Below, one piece after another: positions 9,209 through 18,100 of a DNA stretch of 64,000 nt. Source of the DNA: Bdellovibrionales bacterium (GTDB taxonomy: Bacteria > Bdellovibrionota > Bdellovibrionia > Bdellovibrionales > JAMPXM01); the NCBI GenBank assembly GCA_043784965.1, contig JAYVXS010000165.1, forward strand, positions 14,834-78,833, written 5' to 3'. The notes beneath the pieces were generated by a model, which saw nothing but the letters and a program-made list of their open reading frames with translations, searched no databases and was not told the DNA's origin. The first letter of the stretch is position 1. Each line of letters begins with the position of its first letter. The translations under genes were made by a program, and so were the position numbers.

Positions 9209-9718
9209 TTAATTTTCTCTAACTTGGCCAGTTAGTGAGTAGACTAAAAAATTTTGGTTCATCCCCAGCGCTGAAATTTTCATAGATGAAACCGCATTGT
9301 AATCGGTGCCGCCTCGGGTATTAAAGACAAAGGGCGCGGATGGAAAAAATGGCGTGAAGCTTACACTATTATCAAAAGTCTTGGTAAATGTTGAATCCAA
9401 ATTTACAAATGGCGCCACACAACGACCCGCCATCTGGTAGGCATTGACAACAACTGTCTTTCCCTGAATATCAACCGTCACACATTGCTGTTTAGTCCGC
9501 GCAATATTTCGTGCCCGTTGTAATACGTCCCGAAGTTGAATCTTATAGGTAAGAAATTGAGACTTAACCGGTGCGTTTGTTGAGCCTGGAAATGCAATAG
9601 CCAATGTCAAACTGACGATTGCCACCGCAATCATCAACTCAACAAGAGTAAATCCCTGTCGTTTATTTATGCCGCTGATCAAGCAAGCATTTATACAACC
9701 CAACAACGTCCTAAGCAT
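9209..9718 (-). CDS. FimT/FimU(GspH)-like minor pilin
   Basis: 169 aa with motif QGFTLVELMIAVAIVSLTL. The leader is unusually long (21 aa) unless translation starts at an internal TTG (ISGINKRQ|GF). Confidence 0.6.
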   Translation of the reverse strand: MLRTLLGCINACLISGINKRQGFTLVELMIAVAIVSLTLAIAFPGSTNAPVKSQFLTYKIQLRDVLQRARNIARTKQQCVTVDIQGKTVVVNAYQMAGRCVAPFVNLDSTFTKTFDNSVSFTPFFPSAPFVFNTRGGTDYNAVSSMKISALGMNQNFLVYSLTGQVREN

Positions 9719-9893
9719 ATTGAATGTATCGGCTATTTCTATGTTTTTCTATAAAAATTTTGCTAAAAATACCCAAATGAAACAGTCTTTTTAGCGCCCT
9801 CTCTTCTAGTTTGCTTTGGCATTTTTCAGCTTGAAATTCTAAAAATATCAAAATCTGATGGCCGAAATCAGTTCGTCCTATCTCAATACAATA

Positions 9894-10334
9894 TTATCGA
9901 TTTTTGAGCTGCTTTAGTTTTTCTAAGAATTTATTATAGTCGATCATGAGCTCTTGAAAATAGTCGTCTTTTCGCACTGAAAATGGTGCAATCTCGCCAG
10001 TCTCAACAAATTTTTCCATATGTCTTTGAATTCTAAATATGGGACCCGCAATTCTATTGGTAAAATAAAAACCAAAAAGCACGGTGACCATGATAATACC
10101 ACAACTGAGGGCCCAAAGCAGGATCATCGGGTCTATTCCCATAATGGGACCGGACTCCTCAGATAGCATAAAACGAAAAATCTGATTTACAATACTCACA
10201 ACAGCCGCAACAGTTGCCGAGTAAAGCATAACTCCAACTTGAAGTTTTGAATTGATAAGATATCGTCGCTGATAAAATCGCAAATTCGAACTCTTCACCT
10301 TTTGCTCATCTAATGATTTCGACTTAGTATCCAT
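9894..10334 (-). CDS. Small two-TM membrane protein with HAMP-like segment
   Basis: 146 aa. Two hydrophobic segments are followed by RIAGPIFRIQRHMEKFVETGE...RKDDYFQEL, which fits a HAMP-type pattern. Confidence 0.45.
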   Translation of the reverse strand: MDTKSKSLDEQKVKSSNLRFYQRRYLINSKLQVGVMLYSATVAAVVSIVNQIFRFMLSEESGPIMGIDPMILLWALSCGIIMVTVLFGFYFTNRIAGPIFRIQRHMEKFVETGEIAPFSVRKDDYFQELMIDYNKFLEKLKQLKNR

Positions 10335-10993
10335 AAATTAAATTCCTTTGTGATGTCTTTAATCCTGCATAGCGTGTCTAGCTTATCTTCTAATTTTCGG
10401 CGCACACTTAAGCGCAGTAAATTTGCCAGATCACACTTACTCGCAATTAGCTCCATTAATGCCTGTGAGGCCATATAATGATATCTCGTGTGATCTTCTG
10501 AGCCACTAAATGGATGGGTCAAGTCTCGGACATCGCTTGGCGCGGGGTGCTTGGCAAGCCACGCATAATCGACCTTTGACAAATGACTAAGGTGATTTGC
10601 CAGTCCCTCTTCCAACCATTTCGGTATGGCTTCTTTATATTTTTGATACGAAATGATATGTACAAGTTCGTGACCAAGAACGGCGTCCAAATTTTCTTTT
10701 TTTACCCTTGGTCCAAGATGAACACTATTATCTGATTTTCGAGACATTGCCAGAACCAGGAGGCCCATTCCATGAATCTTTTCAAAGGCCGTCTGGTCTT
10801 TGTGCCAGGTCACTTCGATGCGGCGAATATTCCACTCCAATAGGGATTGGATGTGATCAACCACAGTATTTATTCGACCAGGGGTGACCCAGTCCGGAGC
10901 CTCTGCCATATGAACTGAGTTGGTCTTAATTTCATTGGCTATAAGTGGCAGCGATAGACTTATAATAATCCAGAATGTGAAGGCTTTAATCAT
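10310..10993 (-). CDS. Secreted putative zinc metalloprotease (HExxH...E gluzincin-like)
   Basis: 227 aa with a signal peptide. GHELVHIISYQKYKEAIPKWLEEGLANHL gives HExxH plus a downstream Glu. Confidence 0.5.
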   Translation of the reverse strand: MIKAFTFWIIISLSLPLIANEIKTNSVHMAEAPDWVTPGRINTVVDHIQSLLEWNIRRIEVTWHKDQTAFEKIHGMGLLVLAMSRKSDNSVHLGPRVKKENLDAVLGHELVHIISYQKYKEAIPKWLEEGLANHLSHLSKVDYAWLAKHPAPSDVRDLTHPFSGSEDHTRYHYMASQALMELIASKCDLANLLRLSVRRKLEDKLDTLCRIKDITKEFNLWILSRNH

Positions 10994-11078
10994 AGATAAA
11001 ATTATAAGGTGAGGCCTTCAGCAAATGCAACAAAATGTCAGCGGGATGCTAAGGCGAAGATGTTTCCTTTGCTGAAGG

Positions 11079-11355
11079 CTAGGCACCATTTCCTTCACGA
11101 AAAATGAAAAAGGCAGCTGCGACTAGACAGAGTCCAGCCCAAAGATAATTAAGACTTAGTGGTTTTTTCATATAAAAATAAGAGAATAATGCAAAAACGA
11201 TCATCGTAATAATTTCTTGAATAATCTTGAGCTGACCCAAGCTAAATATTCTTGCGCCAATGCGATTAGCCGGAACTTGCAAAATATATTCGAATAGAGC
11301 AATGCCCCCAGCTGATTAATATGGCAAATATAAGAGGCTTTTCTCTCAGCTCCAA
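11079..11355 (-). pseudogene. DMT-superfamily DUF486-like membrane protein, frameshifted and N-terminally truncated
   Basis: The downstream frame reads GIALFEYILQVPANRIGARIFSLGQLKIIQE.... The upstream piece (EKPLIFAILISW) lies in another frame. The junction is a G5 run (C5 on + at 11305-11309). No N-terminal WYGHLKF-type segment is present, and selU ends at 11400. Confidence 0.5.
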
Positions 11356-11399
11356 TCAAATAAACCTTTCTATCTGGCAAGGGAGGTGAGTTATTCCTC

Positions 11400-12521
11400 C
11401 TAAGGCTTTCGCTCAATTAAATATGAATAACATTCACTTCTCGTCCCGCGAAAAATAACCCCTACTTTTCTTCTATCTAAACTCGATAGGTAAAGTGGAT
11501 CATAATAATAGACCAATAGCGTCTCGATCCATGCCCGGTTGCTTTCAAGTTCGCCATTTAAGCGAAACTGAGCTTCGCTCAAATTTAGCAAGCCAAGAAC
11601 CTCTTGCGTGCGTAATCCACCCAGCTTCTTGCTAATCGCCAATAAAGATTTTCGATACTTCTCAAAAACCACGAGCGCATTTTCTTCATGACCACTATTA
11701 ATCGGCGAGTCCAAAATATAGTCTTGAAAAATATTTTGCACTCTGACTTCAATATCTTCATCGATTAAAATCACCGGCGAAGAATTGATCTTCTCAAAAA
11801 ATATGTTTGGCAGCACACATCGCCCAATCATGCGGCTCTCATCTTCCACCAGAGGCAAGATATTCGGTCGCAAAACATCCAAATTCAGACTTTTTTCTAT
11901 TTTCATCATTTCAACCGCCAAATGATTTTCGAAATCGATTTGCGTGGGCTGCGGCATCGTCTTCGCACCAAATGCAGATCCTCGGTGTCGAGCCAAATCT
12001 TCTAGATCAATAGTGGGATACAAATCTTTAAGTTCACCGATCAAAATAGTCTTACCGCTGCCAGTGGGACCCGCAAGTGGTAAAATATTTTGCGTTTCTG
12101 AAAAATGATTGAGTCGCTCTAATAAAAACTGGCGAACATTTTTATAGCCACCATCGAGCCGAGCTAGATGTACACCTCGCTCTTGCAACCAAGCCTGAGT
12201 AATCTGCGAACGCTTACCCCCTCTGAAACAATATAAAATGCATGTTGGATTGCTTCGAATGAAGTTCTCCCAATCTTGAATTCGCTGATCCCTTTCTTTA
12301 CCCGAGACCAAAAGATGCCCCAATACATTGGCAGCCTCTGGTCCATTAAGCTTATACTCGGTACCGACTTTGGCGCGCTCTTCATCATTTAGAATTGGTA
12401 AATTTGTAGAATTTGGTAGTGCGCCCTGATAAAACTCAATCGGCGCTCGCACATCAATGAATGCCGTTTTCGCAAGAAGAAGTTTTTCAAAGTGAGTTGC
12501 CTCCAGAATCTCAAGATTCAA
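11400..12521 (-). CDS. selU: tRNA 2-selenouridine synthase
   Basis: 373 aa. Rhodanese domain (FIDVRAPIEF...ILYCFRGGKRSQ) plus P-loop GPTGSGKT. It overlaps selD by 11 nt. Confidence 0.85.
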   Translation of the reverse strand: MNLEILEATHFEKLLLAKTAFIDVRAPIEFYQGALPNSTNLPILNDEERAKVGTEYKLNGPEAANVLGHLLVSGKERDQRIQDWENFIRSNPTCILYCFRGGKRSQITQAWLQERGVHLARLDGGYKNVRQFLLERLNHFSETQNILPLAGPTGSGKTILIGELKDLYPTIDLEDLARHRGSAFGAKTMPQPTQIDFENHLAVEMMKIEKSLNLDVLRPNILPLVEDESRMIGRCVLPNIFFEKINSSPVILIDEDIEVRVQNIFQDYILDSPINSGHEENALVVFEKYRKSLLAISKKLGGLRTQEVLGLLNLSEAQFRLNGELESNRAWIETLLVYYYDPLYLSSLDRRKVGVIFRGTRSECYSYLIERKP

Positions 12522-13572
12522 TTTTCACCTTGTATTCTTGAGGAGCTTGAACCTCACCGATGATCTGCGCCGACTTAAATTGAAACCTCAAGGCGCTTAG
12601 GACCTGTGCGCTCAGCCGAGGATCAACTGCGAGCAACATGCCACCGCTGGTCTGCGGATCATGAATCACCAGTTCTGAAATTTTATCAAGTGAAGACACC
12701 TCAATTTGCTTTTCAGTATACTCTCGGTTGGTGCGATGAGCCTTGGTAATAAATCCTTGCTCCAGACAGTATCTGGTCTTTGAAAAAAGTGGAATTGCCG
12801 TCATCTTAATCTTTAGACTTACAAGGCTGGCAATCGCAAGCTGCATAGAATGTCCTGATATTCCAAATCCGGTAATATCAGTCGCCGCATGAATTCCCGC
12901 TTCAAGCTCTGGCATTAGAAAATCCAAACAATTGTTTAGCATCGACATACTTTCAATTGCTTCTGAAATATCAGACTCTGAAAGCATTTGACGTTTTAGC
13001 CCAGCAGTCATAGCTCCGGTTCCGATGGCTTTCGTTAAAATGAGGTGGTCACCCGGTTTTGCGCCAGCATTGCTCCAAATTTTTTGCGGATGAACAAATC
13101 CCGTAACTGACAGGCCAAACTTTAAAGTATCATCATCGATCGAGTGCCCACCTACAAAGTTGGCCCCAGCTTCTTTGATCTTATCACTTGCCGCCTGCAT
13201 AATATCGACTATTACCTGCTCACTCATGGTCGCCACCGGAAATGCCAAGATCCCCATCGCGGTCTTGGGCCGTCCACCCATTGCATAGACATCACTTAGG
13301 GCATTGGCAGCAGCCACTGCTCCAAAAAGTTTTGGCGTATCCAATATAGGGGTAAAAAAATCAAGTGTCTGAACTAAGGCAATTTCATCGGTCACCTTAT
13401 AAATTGCAGCATCATCAAAAAGTCCACCATCTATTAATAGGGCCGGGTGCGCTGGTGGGAACTTTACTTGCTGCAAAATTTTTTGCAGCTCGCTCGCTGC
13501 AACTTTTGCCGCACAACCACCCTTTTGCACAGTCTGAGTGAGGGCAATTGTCGGATTATTTGAGGAACTCAT
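12511..13572 (-). CDS. selD: Selenide, water dikinase (selenophosphate synthetase), Cys-type
   Basis: The start is taken at MSSSNNP, with SD AGGAGA 7 nt upstream. The N-terminal active-site loop is GGCAAKV (Cys-x-x-Lys). The layout is AIR-synthase-like. Confidence 0.85.
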   Translation of the reverse strand: MSSSNNPTIALTQTVQKGGCAAKVAASELQKILQQVKFPPAHPALLIDGGLFDDAAIYKVTDEIALVQTLDFFTPILDTPKLFGAVAAANALSDVYAMGGRPKTAMGILAFPVATMSEQVIVDIMQAASDKIKEAGANFVGGHSIDDDTLKFGLSVTGFVHPQKIWSNAGAKPGDHLILTKAIGTGAMTAGLKRQMLSESDISEAIESMSMLNNCLDFLMPELEAGIHAATDITGFGISGHSMQLAIASLVSLKIKMTAIPLFSKTRYCLEQGFITKAHRTNREYTEKQIEVSSLDKISELVIHDPQTSGGMLLAVDPRLSAQVLSALRFQFKSAQIIGEVQAPQEYKVKIES

Positions 13573-13704
13573 CTGTTTTTCTCCTAATAAGGCGTAATTA
13601 GAGTAATAGGAGCTAACACAAATTAAAATGGCTTGCAAAGGCTAGAGCCATTTGAGCATTTTTTGTAGCAGAGTAACTTAGGTGGCGGATTGAGTGGGTT
13701 CTTT

Positions 13705-13838
13705 CTTTTTCTAGTTGTTTAAATGTGGAAACCCCGAGTTCAGGGACGGGGATACAGGCAAACTGTACACACCGACTCACCCAAAACTGGGACCGAAACT
13801 GAAAAACTGCAAGCAGTCGCCGCTGCCGCGAAACTGCC
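13705..13838 (+). repeat. Dispersed intergenic repeat, copy A (5' and 3' modules)
   Basis: CTTTTTCTAGTTGTTTAAATGTGGAAACCCCGAGTTCAGGGACGGGGATACAGGCAAACTG...GGGACCGAAACTGAAAAACTGCAAGCAGTCGCCGCTGCCGCGAAACTG. It aligns with the copies at 4886, 19935 and 51348. Confidence 0.7.
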
Positions 13839-14079
13839 TCTTGATTTCTCTATATAATTAGACCATTAACCAAAAGATGATAGAGCCATAGTGTCGTAGA
13901 ACTTAACCCAGCCCTGAATTCGAGCTGTATTTTCGCTCGATAAAGTAGGCTTGCCCTAGGTACCCATTCCGACCAATATTGCAGCGACCGTCAAAAATTT
14001 TCTGTGCTTTAAAATTTTGCCAGCTTTGCCATCGAGGGATTCTGAGTCGTTCAAATTCACTCCCTTTAAAGCGTGGGTT

Positions 14080-14340
14080 TTAGGCAGCTTTTTGTCTTGC
14101 TAACCAGAGATCATACTCCGCTTGTATTCTCACCCACATTTCAGCGCTTGTTCCGAGTACCCTCTCAAGGACAAGCGCAAACTCTGGAGAAATCGATCTT
14201 TTAGCATTTATGATCTCATTTATTTTGCGAGGAGCGCAATCACAGCTTTCTGCAAACTGTGACTGATTGAGCCCAAGCTCTTTCAAATAGACCTCATTTA
14301 AAACTAAACCTGGATGCATGGGTTTTGGACTTTTAATCAT
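14080..14340 (-). CDS. higA: HigA-family antitoxin (XRE HTH)
   Basis: The start is taken at MIKSPKPMHPG, 4 nt after the higB stop. HPGLVLNEVYLKELGLNQSQFAESCDCAPRKINEIINAKRSISPEFALVLERVLGTSAEMW is typical of HigA/VapI. Confidence 0.8.
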   Translation of the reverse strand: MIKSPKPMHPGLVLNEVYLKELGLNQSQFAESCDCAPRKINEIINAKRSISPEFALVLERVLGTSAEMWVRIQAEYDLWLARQKAA

Positions 14341-14344
14341 TAAG

Positions 14345-14641
14345 TTAACCTCTGTGATAATTTTCAATTTTTACATCCAAGAATTCACCGCTCTTGAATT
14401 TAAATGTAATACACCAAGGAAGCTTTATCGTGACACTCCACTGGTCTTTCCGGTCCCCTTTAAGTTTATGGAGACGAATATTTGGTGGCTGCCCTTTAAT
14501 CTTTAGATCCTTTAGTTCGTTTGTCCCGTGCATAATAGTCAAAAGTGCCTTAGTTCGAATCCATATATCTTGTGGGAGCGTCTTCGACTTGTCCTCCTCC
14601 CAAATTTCTTGAGCTATTTTGTTTGCAAAATTGCGAATCAT
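14345..14641 (-). CDS. higB: HigB-family toxin (plasmid maintenance system killer, RelE/ParE superfamily)
   Basis: 98 aa. LHKLKGDRKDQWSVTIKLPWCITFKFKSGEFLDVKIENYH matches the hkLkGdr..wSi.v...wRitF.f......v.yeDYH signature. The toxin is upstream of the antitoxin, as in hig loci. Confidence 0.8.
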   Translation of the reverse strand: MIRNFANKIAQEIWEEDKSKTLPQDIWIRTKALLTIMHGTNELKDLKIKGQPPNIRLHKLKGDRKDQWSVTIKLPWCITFKFKSGEFLDVKIENYHRG

Positions 14642-14869
14642 CAGCCGCCCTCGATTATTACACTATACCACCTAGTGTGATAAAATCAAGGCCTACGACC
14701 AAATTGCTCACATAAATTAACTGAAATATTAGCCGAAATCCACTCAAACAATAACAATCAAACAATAGCCCTCTGGTTACCGAAAATGAGCTTTCTCTTT
14801 GACACCAGTCATAGATTTTTTACTAAAGTTAGTTCCATTTTGCTACCGATCCAGTTCGACCTGTGAGGA

Positions 14870-14905
14870 GCCAGTATATTGCCAGTATATTGCCAGTATA
14901 TTGCG
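14870..14905. repeat. 11-bp tandem repeat x3.3 (GCCAGTATATT)
   Basis: Read directly. It lies about 230 bp upstream of the 15136 start codon, in the higB / large-gene divergent region. Confidence 0.9.
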
Positions 14906-15135
14906 TTCCAAGCAAAATGAAGGCCCAGTGAGGCTCAAAAACGGCCCATTAAGTCTTAAATTCTTTGCCAAGATTAATTTAGACTGCTTATAAGTTCAAA
15001 AAAAATTAGGCACAAATCCTGCTTTAGGATCCTCTCGAAATCGAGTGTGGAGCCATTTTGGAAACTGACGTATGTCAGAATTCGGGTGTTTTTCACATTC
15101 TAAAATCTAAACCCAAACGAATAAGGAATCAAAAA

Positions 15136-18100
15136 ATGAAGAAATTTTCAAAATCTCCATTACTGATTGCTCTGATCTCACTTTCGATGATGGCATCGAC
15201 TGTGACCTCAAGCTCAGCATATGGTGCAAACACCCCGGCGCAAGACCAAGCCGCCAAGGATAAATTAGCCGCTGAAAAGCTGGCTGCTGAAAAATTAGCT
15301 CAGCAAGAAGCTCAACAAAAAGCTCAGCAAGAAGCTCAACAAAAAGCTCAACAAAAAGCTCAGCAAGAAGCTCAACAAAAAGCTCAACAAAAGGCTCAGC
15401 AAGAAGCTCAACAAAAAGCTCAGCAAGAAGCTCAACAAAAAGCTCAACAAAAAGCTCAGCAAGAAGCTCAACAAAAAGCTCAGCAAAAGGCTCAGCAAGA
15501 AGCTCAACAAAAAGCTCAAGCTGCGAAGCCAGCTCCTCCGGCTCCAGCTCCTCCGGCAAAAGTTGAACCAGTAGTTATCAAGCCAGCTCCAGCTCCAGCG
15601 CCAGTTCCTCCAGTTGCTACCAAGCCAGCTCCTCCGGCTCCAGCTCCACCGGCAAAAGTTGAACAGGTAGTTATCAAGCCAGCTCCGGCGCCAGCGCCAG
15701 TTCCTCCAGTTGCTACCAAGCCAGCTCCTCCGGTAGACAAAGCGGCACAAGAAGCCAAGGCTAAAGCCGATCAAGCTGCTGCTGATAAAGCTAAAGCTGA
15801 TAAACTTGCACGCGAAGCTAAAGAAAAATTGGAGCGCAAGCCCGCTCCGCAAAATCCAGTAGGTCCTCCACCTGTAGTCGTAGCTAAAGCTGAAACTCCA
15901 GCTGAAGTTGCTGCGAAATTAGAGCAATCTAAAAAGCAAACTGCGGCGCAAGCTGCGGCAGAACGAGCTCATAAAGATAAATTAGATCAAGAGATTGCGA
16001 ATCAGGCGGCACAAAAAGCTGCTGATCCAAAAGTAAAAGACGCGCAAAAAGCAAAAGAAGATGCGGCGCAAAAAGCCGCTGATGAAAAAGCTAAAGAAAT
16101 TGCAGCGCAAAAGGCTCAAGAGAGAAAAGCCATTAAAATTGCAGAGCAAGCAAAGCTTCCGGTTGTAGTTAAAACACCACAACAAATTGAAGCAGATGCA
16201 GCAAAGGCAAAAGCGGATGCAATAAAAGCTGCTCAAAAAAAAGAGAAAGCAAAAGAGCGCATTGCTGTACCAGCTAAGACTGCTGAAATAAAAAAAGAAA
16301 ATGAAGTAAAAGCAGCTGAAGTTGAAGTGGCAAAGGTTCAGAAAAAAGAAGTGGTTGCGGTTGCAAAACAGCAAGCCATCCTTGTAAAGCAAAATGCTGA
16401 CATTAAACAAATCAGCCAGAACCCAACTGCCAAAATTACTCCAGCCCAAGAAGCTGTCATTGCGCAAAACAAGAAAACTATTGAGACTCGACAAGCAGCT
16501 CAAGCCAATAAGCCAGTAGTAGCAGCACCAACTCACTCAACTTCAGTTGTTGAATTGAAGACGGTCAATGGCGCTAAAATTGGTCTTGATCCCTCTATTA
16601 AAGTAAAAGTCGTTGTCCCAGTAACTGTTATCGTAAAGCCGGTAGTAGTTGTTGGCGGCGTAGCTGTAGCCAGCCATATGCGATCAGATGAAACCCAGAA
16701 GAATATTCATGAGGCGAGAATTCGCTCTCAGAATACGCAAAATATAATCATCAACAAAACTGACATACAAAGTGTAACCATCACAAAAAACATCACCCAT
16801 GTAACTAATGTTTATGTAAATAATTATCAAAACGTAGTGATTGAACGCTCACGTATTTACAATAATTACTACCATGAACCACAAAAGGTTTATAGAAACT
16901 ACTATAGCAGCTATTACGATCACGGCTTTCGTGGTGGATATGCCTACCCAGTTCGGGTTGACATCGCAATTCACCAGCATTTCTGGAATCCATTAGTATT
17001 GTGGATGTTTGATGATTCAAACAATAACGATTTCTATTGCCGTTATTATGGTAATTCATATTGCTATAGCTACCCAGTTCGTCCATTTCGTTATGCAAGA
17101 GTTTTCTATCCTACCGATACCATGCGAGATCTCGCAATTGAAGTCAGTGGCATGAGCTACTACCGCCATACTTACTATAGAACTGCTCTTGAGACTTTGA
17201 CTGACAAATTAAATAGTCAGATTTCAAATTACGTTTCAGGCAGATTCTATTTCGGACCAAACGATATCGTGATCAATCACTATCGCAATCTTGGCTTCGG
17301 ACAAGTAATGGTCGAAGGTTTCGTAGATCGCGGAAGTTTACATGTGGCCTTCAAAGGGCACCTTGACCTTGAGAATCCATACAACTCAAGCGTTTTCGTA
17401 CCAACCATCAGTGACTACTCGCCAGTTGCTGCTGGCATCGCTGTCCTAAATGCAATTGTTGCTCTTGAGCAAGCTGCCAACGTACGTGAGAATGTTCCTC
17501 AGAACGTGGTTTACGAGGAACCAGCTCCCCCACCAATGCCAGTAGTAAATGTGACTTGCCGTACATTTAGTGGAGATGCTAAGTTTGTTGGAGCCTCGCC
17601 AGATTCAGGTACAGCCTCACAAAGAGCCATCGAGCATTGTACTAAGAGTGCACGTGCAAATGCGACTGAGTGTACAGCGAATATATCTTGCGATGACGGC
17701 GTTTCTTACGCTCCAGTTGTAAGCTGTTCAACGAGCAGCACCGACGCTAACGGAGACGCGGTAAGCTTCTTCCGAAAAGGCCGCGATGCGGATTACGCTT
17801 CACAAATGGCTCAACAGCTTTGTATTGCTGATGATGCGACTAGTGATGTCGATGCTTGTTCAAGCCCGGACAACTTAACTTGTATTGCTTTGGACAAATC
17901 AGTCTTGAATCCAATGGCATGTAACGTGACTGTGCCGAATATTCCGGCGCCATTTAGCTTTCAGAGTTATGATAGCGATAAAGCTCGTAACCGTGCAGTA
18001 TCAGACTGCGTAACTGCAGAAGGCACGGATGTAGACGATTGTAATAACAGCGACTTCTTGAGTTGTGATTATGTCAATGCGGCACCGGTAGAACCACCCC

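Noticed and set aside
13866-14040. A possible small gene remnant on the minus strand (…KHRKFLTVAAILVGMGT*GKPTLSSENTARIQGWVKFYDTMALSSFG) with a signal-peptide-like segment interrupted by TAG.
   Set aside because: There is no start codon or SD. It is short, has no recognisable family, and could arise by chance in 230 bp.
14553-14562. GTTCGAATCC, a tRNA T-arm-like motif.
   Set aside because: The flanking bases (CTTAG / CCATA) cannot form a T-stem, and no acceptor or anticodon arms can be drawn. It lies inside the higB coding sequence.
13705-14905. An integron-cassette interpretation, with higBA flanked by attC-like repeats.
   Set aside because: The flanking repeats do not form the imperfect inverted-repeat R''-L''/L'-R' structure of attC, no GTTRRRY core sites are present, and no intI gene is in the window.
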